Source of the DNA: Candidatus Jordarchaeia archaeon
GTDB taxonomy: Archaea > Asgardarchaeota > Jordiarchaeia > Jordiarchaeales > Jordiarchaeaceae
Assembly: GCA_029856435.1 (NCBI GenBank)
Contig: JAHQXB010000074.1
Coordinates: forward strand, 1 to 41,661
DNA length: 41,661 nt
Direction of reading: 5' to 3'
Position 1 is the first letter of the stretch. Each line of letters opens with the position of its first letter. Positions 8,605 to 18,524 of the stretch are shown here, in pieces. The translations under genes were made by a program, and so were the position numbers. A model generated the notes under the pieces. The model searched no databases and was not told the origin of the DNA. It saw nothing but the letters and a program-made list of their open reading frames with translations.

Positions 8605-9549
8605 TCATATTTTCAGTACTTTCTTGGCGTTCTCTCCCAGTATTAGTCGGGTCTCTTCCCCGCTGAACTTCAAGCCATACCTTTTTCCCTTTTTTGGAAG
8701 GTTTTTAATCCAATTTACCCATTCTTCCAGATTCATCATGGAGTTAGCGTATGGCCAATCGCTGCCAAAAAGTATCCTATTTTTGAAGGGAACAGCAAAG
8801 GTGAGCGGCAAATCCATGAGCATCCTAAGATTATTAAGCAGTAGTTGGGGAGCTCCACATGCCAACATCTGACCCGTGAATGAAATCTCGGTGTGAATAT
8901 TGGACTTAAGAGAGCCTATTTCTGCTAGTATTGGGACTCCGCTTATTCCCCCCATGTGGGCTGCTACTATTCTCAAATCGGGGAAAGCTGTTTGAACATC
9001 GTCAAGATACATTGGATTATTGTATTTAACTTCAAAGGGAATGAAGATTAAGCCGCAGTGGCAGAGTAGGGGAACATCTAACTCTACGCACTTCTTATAG
9101 AGCGGGAAGCAAACTGGATCATTGGGGTAGTAGCCTGCGTCGGGGTGGAACTTGAGTCCCTTCATTCCCCATTCCGTGACGCCCTTTTCAAGCAGTTCAA
9201 CTGCCTTTTCTCCCCTTCTTGGGTCAACTCCCACAAAGGCGATAAGCCTGTCGGGATATTCATCTGCTGCCCTTGCGTGGTACCTATTTTGCTCCTCTAT
9301 TGACATTTTCGCTTTACCCACTTTTAGCTCGAAGTCAACTGGCATAATCACGGCTTTGTCAACTCCTGCTTTATCCATGTCTTCCACAATGGTACTGGCA
9401 TCTTTTTTCCAAAAATCGGGCATCATATCCCTTAGCACCTTCTCCTTGGAGATACCCAGATTTAGGGAGAGAGATTGGGCTATAAGCTCCCAGTAAATGT
9501 CGGGATAAAAATCCTTGTGGCTTAAATGGCAATGCATATCTACTATCAC
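8605..9549 (-). CDS. Amidohydrolase_2-family protein (ACMSD/LigW/LigI-like TIM-barrel metalloenzyme)
   Basis: IVDMHCH, GLKFHP, HCG, AAHMGG, ILFGSDWP, ILGENAKKV. Confidence 0.85.
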   Translation of the reverse strand: MIVDMHCHLSHKDFYPDIYWELIAQSLSLNLGISKEKVLRDMMPDFWKKDASTIVEDMDKAGVDKAVIMPVDFELKVGKAKMSIEEQNRYHARAADEYPDRLIAFVGVDPRRGEKAVELLEKGVTEWGMKGLKFHPDAGYYPNDPVCFPLYKKCVELDVPLLCHCGLIFIPFEVKYNNPMYLDDVQTAFPDLRIVAAHMGGISGVPILAEIGSLKSNIHTEISFTGQMLACGAPQLLLNNLRMLMDLPLTFAVPFKNRILFGSDWPYANSMMNLEEWVNWIKNLPKKGKRYGLKFSGEETRLILGENAKKVLKI

Positions 9550-9681
9550 TAATAGACCTCCTTCATTGAAAATGGTTATTCTAACCCCTCTATGACCGAA
9601 TATGTTATATGTTTGAATGTGGATAATTGGAACATTATTAATTTTCAGTGTTGTATTTTAGGATTTCGGGAGGTTTGAAGT

Positions 9682-10518
9682 ATGAAAATTACCCATGAGG
9701 AAGGAAAATTTGATGGGAAAGGCAAAATAAAACTATACTACCAATTCTGGAAGCCGGAGAAGGTAAAGGCAGTAGTTGTTGCGGCGCATGGTTTGGCTGA
9801 GTACTCGGGTAGATACACTCATGTAGCTGAACACTTCGCCAATGAGGGAATCGCATTCTACGCATTAGATCATAGAGGACACGGGCTCTCTGAAGGTCCA
9901 CGCGGACACATAGATAGTTTCGATGACTACCTAGAAGACTTGGACACCTTCATTGACATGGTTAAAAAAAGTGAAAAGGGGAAAAAGACCATTCTTCTCG
10001 GTCACAGTCTGGGAGGAACAATAGCCATAGCATACGCTCTAAAAAACCCAAAGAAAATAGATTACCTTATTTTGTCATCACCGGCACTAAAACTAGCCAG
10101 CGAGTTAGACCCAGAGCTTATGAAAGCAATATTAGAGCTCTCAAAGAGCAACCCCACCCAGGAGCTACCAAACCAAATAGATCCAAACAACCTCTCACAC
10201 GACAAACAAGTATGCGAAAAGTACGATAAAGACCCCCTAGTTTTTAAAACCATAACAGCCAGATTCGCAGTAGAATTCTTCACCACCATGGAGAATCTTA
10301 GAAAGAACGCAGATAAACTCAAAGTTCCAACCCTACTTCTAGTCGCCGGAGACGACAAACTGGTAAGCCCTGAGGGAAGCAAAGAGTTCGCCAAGAACGT
10401 GAAAGAAAAAGACTTCAAAATGAAAATATATGATGGCTTCTACCACGAACTTTTCAACGAACTAGAAAAAGAAAAAGTTTTCAAAGACATTGACGATTGG
10501 CTGAGAAAGAGAATCTAA
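9682..10518 (+). CDS. Alpha/beta hydrolase, lysophospholipase/monoacylglycerol-lipase family
   Basis: HGLAEYSGRY, DHRGHG, nucleophile elbow GHSLG, triad Asp (GDDKLV) and His (YHELFNE). SD GGAGGT. Confidence 0.92.
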   Translation: MKITHEEGKFDGKGKIKLYYQFWKPEKVKAVVVAAHGLAEYSGRYTHVAEHFANEGIAFYALDHRGHGLSEGPRGHIDSFDDYLEDLDTFIDMVKKSEKGKKTILLGHSLGGTIAIAYALKNPKKIDYLILSSPALKLASELDPELMKAILELSKSNPTQELPNQIDPNNLSHDKQVCEKYDKDPLVFKTITARFAVEFFTTMENLRKNADKLKVPTLLLVAGDDKLVSPEGSKEFAKNVKEKDFKMKIYDGFYHELFNELEKEKVFKDIDDWLRKRI

Positions 10519-10591
10519 ACAAAAATTGTAAGCCCAAAATTTAGAAGCTTTTTTAAACACTTTTTTTTCAATATCCACCTGATATACCTGT

Positions 10592-10928
10592 TTGAAGAAG
10601 TCGAAGCGGCAGGGAAAAGACCTATCCATAGTAAATCATACGCCAGTAATGACCAGCCGCACCCTAGACGTTTTAACTGGAGGGCGCATCTTCTTAAAGT
10701 GTGAGAATTTCCAGCGTATTGGCACCTTCAAGTTTCGAGGGGCCTACAACGCCATAAGTCAATTAACTTCGGAAAAGGCGAAGAGGAGTCACTGCCTACT
10801 CATCCGGCAACCATGCACAAGCTGTAGCCTTGGCCGCAAAACTCTTGGAACGGAAAATAGAGTTATCCCCTATTTTTTTGAATACCTTTGCGTCACCGTT
10901 AAAAATCACATTACTCTATATCTTATGA
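10592..10928 (+). pseudogene. Frameshifted, 3'-truncated PLP-dependent threonine/serine dehydratase (serine racemase family)
   Basis: Frame 1 reads HTPVMTSRTLD...IFLKCENFQRIGTFKFRGAYNA (PLP-Lys motif). After a frameshift near 10785 it reads RGVTAYSSGNHAQAVALAAKLL. Similarity ends ~10850 and a stop follows at 10926-10928. Confidence 0.88.
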
Positions 10929-10974
10929 AGGGTCCAGTGTTCAAAAGGCACTTTTTTCAAGGGTGATTATTAAA

Positions 10975-11940
10975 ATGGGTGAGCTGAGATATAACCCGGT
11001 TCTTGGCGAGTGGATTATCGTTTCGGGTAAGAGAAAGGAGCGTCCCTTACTGCCAAGTAGTGCTTGTCCCTTCTGTCCCGGGTCTCCTGAGGTCCCCTCA
11101 GCCGACTGGGATGTTTTAAGTCTTCCTAACAAGTTTCCCTCACTGGTTCCAGAACCTGATGCGCCTGAAATTGGGGGAAACGATTTTTACCGTGTAGCTC
11201 CCGCCCAGGGGGTCTGCGAAGTGGTTCTCTACACTCCAGAACATAATAAAACTTTGGCAGACTTGAGTGTTTCCCATATAAGGAAGATCGTTGACCACTG
11301 GGCGCACAGGTATACTGACCTAGGGCAGAGAGACTATGTAAAGTACGTTTTTATCTTTGAAAACAAGGGGAGAGTTATCGGAGTGACCTTAGACCATCCT
11401 CACGGCCAAATCTATGCTTTTCCCTTCGTTCCCCCCCGAATTGAGAAGGAGTTGGAGTCAAGTAAAAACTTCTATGATAAGAGTAAGGATTGCTTGTTCT
11501 GCAAGATAACTGAGCGGGAAAAAAAGGACAAAGTAAGGGTGATTATGGAAAACGATGACCACATTGCATTTCTACCCTTTTATGCCAAGTGGCCCTTCGG
11601 TGTACACATCCACACCAAGAGGCATGTTCAAAGCCTCCCACAGCTAACTGGCGAGGAAAGGGACAGTCTGGCTCAAACCCTGAAGGAACTATTGATGACT
11701 TTCGATAAGCTCTTTGATTTCAGCTTCCCATACATTATGGCCCTGCATCAGCAGCCCACAGACGGAAACAACTACGAATATTACCATTTTCACATTGAAT
11801 TCTCGTCGCCAGTCAGGGAAAAAGAGAAGCTAAAATTTTTTGCCGGGGTAGAAGAATCTATGGGCACGGTGACATTCGATTATCGCCCGGAGGATAAGGC
11901 TGAGGAACTAAGAAGAGCATACTCAAAAATTAAGCTCTAA
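10975..11940 (+). CDS. galT: Galactose-1-phosphate uridylyltransferase
   Basis: ELRYNP, RKERP, CPFCPG, FENKG and the catalytic HPHGQ. SD GGGTGA at 10961-10966 favours the ATG at 10975. Confidence 0.92.
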   Translation: MGELRYNPVLGEWIIVSGKRKERPLLPSSACPFCPGSPEVPSADWDVLSLPNKFPSLVPEPDAPEIGGNDFYRVAPAQGVCEVVLYTPEHNKTLADLSVSHIRKIVDHWAHRYTDLGQRDYVKYVFIFENKGRVIGVTLDHPHGQIYAFPFVPPRIEKELESSKNFYDKSKDCLFCKITEREKKDKVRVIMENDDHIAFLPFYAKWPFGVHIHTKRHVQSLPQLTGEERDSLAQTLKELLMTFDKLFDFSFPYIMALHQQPTDGNNYEYYHFHIEFSSPVREKEKLKFFAGVEESMGTVTFDYRPEDKAEELRRAYSKIKL

Positions 11941-11983
11941 AAATGGCACCGAAAATAAAGGTGTTTTAATCAGAGATAATTTG

Positions 11984-12466
11984 TCATGTTTCTTGGGCAC
12001 AGTTTTGGCTCATTTTCTTCCTTATTTTTTCGCATAGAATCTCTGCTATTTCTTCAATTATGGGTTCAGTGCACAATATCTCTACATTTGCGACTTGTTT
12101 TTTCGCTTTTTCAAGTATCTCTGGAATATCTTTTTCCGTGTGTTTACAGTGTGTTAAAAAGAGGGGAACCACAATTATTTTGTTGAATCCTTCGCTGGCC
12201 AGCTGATTTATGGCTTCGGGAATGCTAGGCGAGCAAAACTCTGAAAAACCCACCTTCACCTCTAACCCCGTTTTATCCTTCACTTTCTTCGCGAGCCTTT
12301 CACTTTCCAGCTTATGAGGATCATTTATTTTCCCAATGTTCCTGGGAACTTTTCTCGCCGTATCTGATATTTTTTCCATGATTTTCTCTGCTTGCTCCAT
12401 TTCATAGTCCAATGGTATATCTCCATGAGCAGCTATAACAACTCCAACCTTCTTCATCTTCCTCAC
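11984..12466 (-). CDS. cbiX: Small CbiX/SirB-type (class II) chelatase
   Basis: IAAHG, VGFSEFCSPSI, VVPLFL, HTEKDIP. Single-domain size of 160 aa. Confidence 0.8.
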   Translation of the reverse strand: MRKMKKVGVVIAAHGDIPLDYEMEQAEKIMEKISDTARKVPRNIGKINDPHKLESERLAKKVKDKTGLEVKVGFSEFCSPSIPEAINQLASEGFNKIIVVPLFLTHCKHTEKDIPEILEKAKKQVANVEILCTEPIIEEIAEILCEKIRKKMSQNCAQET

Positions 12467-12519
12467 CTTTTAGTCAACGATTCCTCGAGTATCTTATTTA
12501 TGAAAGACAAATTTTATAA

Positions 12520-13851
12520 TTGAGAAAGATGCCTTCTAGTATTATGGCACAAAAGGCATTGGAAAACTACATGCATAAATTTATTGTGAATATCTGCAAA
12601 GAAATTGGGCCACGAGAGTCTGGTTCCAAGGAAGAGGAACTAGCAGGAAACAGGGTGGAAGAGGAACTAAAAAAGTTCTGTGACAAAACCCACCAAGAAG
12701 AATTCATCAGCAGCCCCACCGCTTTTCTGGGCTTCATCAGGTACAGCTCCATAATGGTAATTTGCGGAATAATCCTCTACTGGCTCTCTCTTCTAGTTGA
12801 TATGGGATGGCTTCAAATTGGCATCAATCCTACCGATTTAGTTTTAATCAGCTTGGGACTGATGCGGGGCAGTTTTCTCGGCCCGACACTCTCATTAATT
12901 GCCAGCATACTTGCAGTTTTTGCGGTTAGCTACTTCATTCTAGAAGTAATGCGCTACAGAGAGCTAGTGGACTTCGTATTTCCCAAGAAGAAGTCCAAAA
13001 ACGTCATTGGAACAATAAACCCCACAGGCAAAGTTAAACACACCATAATTTTTGCCGGCCACCACGATTCAGCCTACGAATTCAACGTATTCTACTACCT
13101 AAAGACAATAGGTAGTTTAACAATTTTCATCGGCTACGTTGGAGTAGTAATCTTTAGCATTGTTAGCGTTTTGAAAACAATCTTCTATCTTCTCCCACTC
13201 AAATTAACCCAAGTCTTTCTCTGGTTCGGAATTTTCTTCCTATTCATCACTCCCATAGCCGCCATCTACGTTTTCTTCCACAGCTATAAACCAGTACCGG
13301 GGGCCTTCGACAACCTATCCGGGGTGGCCGTGGTGCTAGGAATAGGCAAATACCTGTCCGAAAACAAGAACAACCCAGAAGTATATCCCAAAAACACTCG
13401 CATCCACCTAATCTCATTCGCCGGAGAGGAAGCCGGACTAAGGGGATCAAAACGCTACGTCAAAGCCCACTATGAGGAATTAAAGAAAAGCAACACTATT
13501 TTAATAAACATGGATGGCATAGCAACAAAGGACTCCGTCGTCATATTTGAGAAAGAAACACTAATAGGCGCAAAACACAACCCCGAATTATGCAATACCT
13601 TACTAAAAATTGCCCAAGAACAAGGCATAAACGCCCGCTTGGGAGCCCTACCCTTCGGAGCAACAGACGCCGCAGCCTTCAGCCGCAAAAAACTGCCAGC
13701 AACAACAATAGGATCCCACGAACTAAAAGGAAAACTACCCGAATTCTACCACACAAGACTCGACACCCCCGAAGTAGTGGACAAAGAAGCCCTAGGACAA
13801 ATACTACAAATCTGCCTAGGATACATAAAATACATCGACAATTTAACTTAG
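12520..13851 (+). CDS. Membrane-embedded M28-family zinc peptidase
   Basis: All M28 ligands are present: GHHDSA, GAFDNLSG, GEEAGLRGS, INMDG, YHT. Two hydrophobic insertions. Start could also be the ATG at 12529 or 12544. Confidence 0.85.
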   Translation: MRKMPSSIMAQKALENYMHKFIVNICKEIGPRESGSKEEELAGNRVEEELKKFCDKTHQEEFISSPTAFLGFIRYSSIMVICGIILYWLSLLVDMGWLQIGINPTDLVLISLGLMRGSFLGPTLSLIASILAVFAVSYFILEVMRYRELVDFVFPKKKSKNVIGTINPTGKVKHTIIFAGHHDSAYEFNVFYYLKTIGSLTIFIGYVGVVIFSIVSVLKTIFYLLPLKLTQVFLWFGIFFLFITPIAAIYVFFHSYKPVPGAFDNLSGVAVVLGIGKYLSENKNNPEVYPKNTRIHLISFAGEEAGLRGSKRYVKAHYEELKKSNTILINMDGIATKDSVVIFEKETLIGAKHNPELCNTLLKIAQEQGINARLGALPFGATDAAAFSRKKLPATTIGSHELKGKLPEFYHTRLDTPEVVDKEALGQILQICLGYIKYIDNLT

Positions 13852-13913
13852 TACATAACAGCCACCCCCCTTTTTTCATAAAAATGAATTAAATTCCCCG
13901 TAATTAGAGGTTA

Positions 13914-15167
13914 TTGAAAATGGTTAAACCAATAAATAAACCCAAAACGCAACCAGTTTTTCCGCAGCACAAAGGAGCCGAAGAGCTAGTACCCCAAGTC
14001 TACTCCATAACCACATTCGGAAATGTAGGCTTCGTTGTCACAGAAGAGGGAGTAGTAGTAGTGGACACAGCTATCCACCAGTTTGGGGAAATAATTAGAA
14101 ACGATATTCGAAAAGTTACCGATACTCCAATTCACTCAATTATATACACTCATGGACACTATGATCATGCTTTCGGCGTTTGGGCTCTGCTAAAGGATGC
14201 CGAAGAGCGGGGAAACCCCAAACCTAGAATCATTGCCCATGAAAATGTGGTTAAACGCTTCAACCGATACCGGGAACTACAGGGTCAACAGGAATTCATT
14301 AACCGCATCCAGTTCAGCGTCCCCGATGGGACAAGCGCCGTGCCCAAGGAATATTACTACCCAGACCTAACATATCACGACCGTTTGAGCTTTCGGCTCG
14401 GCGGCTTAACCTTTGAACTACGGTTTGGAATGGGGGAAACAGACGATGCCACCTGGATTTGGATTCCAGAGAAAAAAGTCCTATTCTCAGGAGATTTTCT
14501 CCTGTGGTCCTTTCCCAATTTGGGGAACCCCTTCAAGGTTCAACGCTACGAAACCGAATGGGCGGATGCCCTAGAACAAATGGCTTCCCTCCACCCTCAA
14601 ATTCTAGTACCGGGACATGGCCCAGTCATTCGCGGCGAAAAAATTCAAAAAGTTTGCCTCAACACCGCCCGAGCCCTACGCTACCTCCACGAAGAAGTGG
14701 TGAAACGCTTAAACCAGGGTGCCTGGATTGAACAAATACTAGAAGAAGTTCAACTTCCCGAAGATTTGGCCAAAAAGTCCTATCTGGCCCCCATTTATGG
14801 ATGCCCCACATTCGCCATCCACGCCATATACAGGCGCTACGCAGGCTGGTACGACGGCAACCCCTCCCATCTATTCCCATCAAAGACCGCAGACATCGCC
14901 AAAGAGATTGTAAACCTAACTGGACCAGAAGCATTACTTAACCGAGCTAAGGCCCTAAAAGAAGCTGGAGAAATACAATTAGCACTCCACTTAGTAGACT
15001 TCATAATATACAATCCCGAAACCACAGGTTTAAAAGAGGCTCATGAACTAAAAGCAGAATTGCTCCAAGCCAAAGCTGAGCAGACAACAAGTTTCATCGC
15101 CCGTAACATATTTGCGAATGGTGCTCATCGGGAGCGTCATTTTACTCGCGAAAGTAAGTACCCCTAA
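13914..15167 (+). CDS. Metallo-beta-lactamase-fold alkyl sulfatase-like hydrolase with dimerisation domain
   Basis: THGHYDH, GETDD, GDF, PNLGNP, PGHG, RRYAGWYDGNP. Confidence 0.85.
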   Translation: MKMVKPINKPKTQPVFPQHKGAEELVPQVYSITTFGNVGFVVTEEGVVVVDTAIHQFGEIIRNDIRKVTDTPIHSIIYTHGHYDHAFGVWALLKDAEERGNPKPRIIAHENVVKRFNRYRELQGQQEFINRIQFSVPDGTSAVPKEYYYPDLTYHDRLSFRLGGLTFELRFGMGETDDATWIWIPEKKVLFSGDFLLWSFPNLGNPFKVQRYETEWADALEQMASLHPQILVPGHGPVIRGEKIQKVCLNTARALRYLHEEVVKRLNQGAWIEQILEEVQLPEDLAKKSYLAPIYGCPTFAIHAIYRRYAGWYDGNPSHLFPSKTADIAKEIVNLTGPEALLNRAKALKEAGEIQLALHLVDFIIYNPETTGLKEAHELKAELLQAKAEQTTSFIARNIFANGAHRERHFTRESKYP

Positions 15168-15238
15168 GTAATAGAAATAGTAAGTCATATATACTAATAA
15201 AATTAATTTAAATAATCTAAAACATATTATATAAATTA

Positions 15239-16486
15239 ATGTTTAAGGAGGAAGATTTCGTGTCCACCGAAGATGTAGACAAGATGATGAGTGATTATCG
15301 TGAAAAGGTTTTGGCCTCCAGAACACGTTTCCAAAGATTTGTAGATTTCTTTGGTAAAATCCCCATGCCCACCTACTTCATAGTCATGTTTACTGGAGTC
15401 TTTTTAAACGGTTCCAGGCTGAACTCCCTGGATCTACTTCTTAGGTCTCTTGTGGTTCTTAACAGTCCTGACCCTCTAACAGGTTTTCAGCAGAGCATCC
15501 TTATACATCTGTGGTTTATACCTCCCATCCCCGCCGAGTGGAATTCATCCCTCCTAGTTCCAAGTGTGACCAGCGTTTTTGTGGGCTTTACACTATTCAT
15601 AATTTATTTCATTTCTAGGCGTGTAGCATACAAGCAAACGTACTATGTGGACCTAGGTTTCCTAGGGTTCTTTTTGCTGGGTATACTCCTGTTGCTCGCC
15701 TCTCCAAAAATATTTGCAGCACTCTACTACTATTATCCCGCTACTCTGGTATTCCTATTTTTGGCTGCCCCTGCCCTCATATCCATAGTCGCCAGGAAGC
15801 CTTTCACCCTTCAGCACGTTGAGAGAGTTTATCCCCCATCGATTAGGGAGCTTGATATTTACAAAAAAATACACTATCGGGTCGCCACTTTCTTTCTTGT
15901 AGTCTTCATTGTTAATGCTGCAGTTTTCTACTTCAGATTTGTTTTTTCCACCGCTTCACCAGTTTTCACCGTTGTATTCTTCATGGTTTTTTACTTCCTA
16001 ATTCTGGCTTGGGCTTTTATGACTCATTTTCCGGGATGGTACCGCCGAAGAGTACTAAAAACACCCCTAAAAAATCCATCAAATCCCCTCCCCAACAGGG
16101 TAAAAATAGCCGGTGCTCTACTGATAATTTACGGTCAACTAACCTTCATAGTTGGACTTATGCTATCAACCATAACATTCACGGCTTTAGCTTACCTTAT
16201 TGCCATAGCCCTCATAATCTCTGGCTTCGGAGTAATCTTAACTAAAAAGTGGGGCTGGTACCTGACCATAGGCACACTCGCATCACAGATTATCATATTC
16301 TGGTTAGCGTGGGCTTTTACCCCTCACAGTTTAACAGAATGGTTATCCTCAATTGGCACCTTCCTTGCAACCCTCTCATTTTATCCCCCATCAGATGGCC
16401 TCCTAAGCCTCTCCCTAATATTTACCGTAATTTCTTCAGTGTTCCTTTGCTATATGTTCCCAAAAAGAAACTATTACCTCCTTTAA
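15239..16486 (+). CDS. Polytopic membrane protein of unknown function (~10 TM segments)
   Basis: Long uninterrupted ORF with many hydrophobic segments. The segment RKPFTLQH...P...I...FF...NA recalls uncharacterised IspA-like membrane proteins (weak). Confidence 0.7.
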   Translation: MFKEEDFVSTEDVDKMMSDYREKVLASRTRFQRFVDFFGKIPMPTYFIVMFTGVFLNGSRLNSLDLLLRSLVVLNSPDPLTGFQQSILIHLWFIPPIPAEWNSSLLVPSVTSVFVGFTLFIIYFISRRVAYKQTYYVDLGFLGFFLLGILLLLASPKIFAALYYYYPATLVFLFLAAPALISIVARKPFTLQHVERVYPPSIRELDIYKKIHYRVATFFLVVFIVNAAVFYFRFVFSTASPVFTVVFFMVFYFLILAWAFMTHFPGWYRRRVLKTPLKNPSNPLPNRVKIAGALLIIYGQLTFIVGLMLSTITFTALAYLIAIALIISGFGVILTKKWGWYLTIGTLASQIIIFWLAWAFTPHSLTEWLSSIGTFLATLSFYPPSDGLLSLSLIFTVISSVFLCYMFPKRNYYLL

Positions 16487-16617
16487 CTTTTTATTGGAGC
16501 TTTGAACAGAATCGATGCCAATAGGTTAGTGAAGATTTTTAACCTTATTTGTGATTGTTTAAATACGCTCTTTCGGTCTGTTAAATTAGAACTTTGGGTC
16601 TTTTGGAGGTGTTTTAT

Positions 16618-17751
16618 TTGCCTTTAAGGATGCATGAAAACGAGACTATGACTCCTAGGGAGAGAATGGAAACTGTTTTAAATCTACGTGAACCCGACCG
16701 TGTCCCTATTATAGCTTCCTTTCACGCGGCTCAGGCTAGGTTGACTGGGATGACCATAGAGGAATTTTTCTTCAATGTGCCAAAATCCTATGAGGCCACA
16801 AAGAAGGTTTGGGAAATGTTTGGTGGCTTTGATGTGTACACGGGATGCTCCCCCATCCTTGGTTACTATCTTCCCTGGCCTAATTCTCACAGCATGGTTT
16901 ATTTTGACTGGACTCTTCCAAAGGGTAATGTTCCTGAGCAGATGCATGAGAAGGAGCTTATGAAGCGTAGTGACTATGATCTTGTAATTGAGAAGGGTTT
17001 CGCTCCCTTTAAGAGAAGACCGGAATTAGAGAAGGACTTCATGAATTATGTGGCGCAGTTCGCAGCATTGGACACTAACAAATGGCTTGAGGAGATGGAT
17101 GTTCCATCCCTTTTTGTTGGAGCCATAGAGCCCCCAGTAGATATTATATCTTTTCTGAGAAGCTTTAACAAGTATCTTATAGATGTTGTGGAGATTCCCG
17201 ATAAGGTTGTAGAGGCCTGTGAGGCTACAGTGGACGAAATGCTTGCCACCCTAGACGTACAAATCCAGTTTCTGAGCGGTGAAAAAGGTCCAAAAGCAGT
17301 TCTCTACGGATTTTCGCGGGTGGCTTCAAGTTTTATTTCCCGCAAAAAATTTGAACTATTCTGGCCCCACCTCAAAAGAATCGCGGAAGCCATCATAGAT
17401 AAGGGGTGTATTGTACAGTTCCACCTAGATAATGATTACACAGATTTTCTAGAATACTTCACAGAACTTCCGAAGGGTAAAACATGGTTCCACCTAGACC
17501 AAACAGACATATTCAAAGCCAAAGAAATCCTTGGAGATAGAGCGTGCCTAATGGGAAATATTCCTCCCCAGATAACAGGCTTAGGCTCACCTAAGGAAGT
17601 AGAAGCCTACTGTAGAAAACAGATAGAAGGTTGCATGGAAGGCGGAGGCTACATACTTTGCTCTTCATGTGTGCTTCCCGACGATGTTCCCGCCGCAAAT
17701 ATTAAAGCCATGAAGGACGCTGTAATGAAATACGGCTTCTACCGCGCCTAA
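16618..17751 (+). CDS. URO-D/MtaA-fold methyltransferase 3
   Basis: MTPRERM...EPDRVP, FHLDND, LMGNIPP...GSPKEV...C, GGGYILCSSC. SD GGAGGTG (16605-16611) favours the TTG at 16618. Confidence 0.87.
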   Translation: MPLRMHENETMTPRERMETVLNLREPDRVPIIASFHAAQARLTGMTIEEFFFNVPKSYEATKKVWEMFGGFDVYTGCSPILGYYLPWPNSHSMVYFDWTLPKGNVPEQMHEKELMKRSDYDLVIEKGFAPFKRRPELEKDFMNYVAQFAALDTNKWLEEMDVPSLFVGAIEPPVDIISFLRSFNKYLIDVVEIPDKVVEACEATVDEMLATLDVQIQFLSGEKGPKAVLYGFSRVASSFISRKKFELFWPHLKRIAEAIIDKGCIVQFHLDNDYTDFLEYFTELPKGKTWFHLDQTDIFKAKEILGDRACLMGNIPPQITGLGSPKEVEAYCRKQIEGCMEGGGYILCSSCVLPDDVPAANIKAMKDAVMKYGFYRA

Positions 17752-17795
17752 TCCCAAAACTATCTCCAGACAAAGTACTAGTTCTATTTTGGAGT

Positions 17796-18524
17796 GTGTA
17801 TGTGTTGCTTTATCGTGATTCCGTCTCAAAAGCCCAGAAGCTATATTACGATATGATTCTGGAATCTGGTTTTCCAATAAAGGGGCTGAAACCGGAAGAC
17901 TTGGAAGTGGTTGACTTCGGTCTAAGCCAGGGGGAACTGGACTACTTTAAAAGAGTGGGTCTTGGAATATACGTGCTAGTAAACGAGGCCGAATGTGGGA
18001 AAATTTTGTGCTTCCTTCCAAACCAGTACATGCCAGAACACCGCCACCAATCAGTGGTGGTTATGCCCAAAGGCTCCAAAATTATGAAGGGCTACATCGA
18101 TTTAAAGAAACTTGTGAAAGACTTTAAGGGTCTAAAAGAATTTGGGGAAGAGGCCGTCTACATGGTGCCCGAAAAGGAGAACACCCCTATTCCCAAAAAG
18201 GGTATTCTCATCCCCGGCAAACAGGAATACTTCCACACCATAAAGGGCACTGGCTCAATGTTTGTACCCGGAAAACCCACCGACAAACCCACCTATCCCA
18301 TACCTGAAGAGCATTGTCCTCACACTACCGCACTACACGAAGTCTTCCTAGAGCCGGGCGTGGGATTCCATCTGGCCGCCAACACTCCACACAGTGTAGT
18401 TGCGGGACCTGAGGGCCTAATAGTCATTGAGTTCTCCTTGAAAAGCAGAGATCCTCTAGACATATTTACGAATCCCAAAATAGACAGAATCACCCACATA
18501 AAGGAACGCTCAAAAATGACGTGA
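17796..18524 (+). CDS. D-lyxose/D-mannose ketol-isomerase family cupin with a ~50-aa insertion
   Basis: PNQYMPEHRH...GKQEYF...HEVFLEPG...NTPH...AGPEG.IV.EFS..S.D..DIFTNPKI follows the lyxose-isomerase pattern (His-x-His, Glu, His metal ligands). Confidence 0.82.
   Translation: MYVLLYRDSVSKAQKLYYDMILESGFPIKGLKPEDLEVVDFGLSQGELDYFKRVGLGIYVLVNEAECGKILCFLPNQYMPEHRHQSVVVMPKGSKIMKGYIDLKKLVKDFKGLKEFGEEAVYMVPEKENTPIPKKGILIPGKQEYFHTIKGTGSMFVPGKPTDKPTYPIPEEHCPHTTALHEVFLEPGVGFHLAANTPHSVVAGPEGLIVIEFSLKSRDPLDIFTNPKIDRITHIKERSKMT

Noticed and set aside
9603-9614. TGTTATATGTTT shared with 28921-28932; considered as a ModE-like molybdenum box
   Set aside because: No second half-site at either locus. The reverse complement resembles a plain TATA element in divergent promoters.
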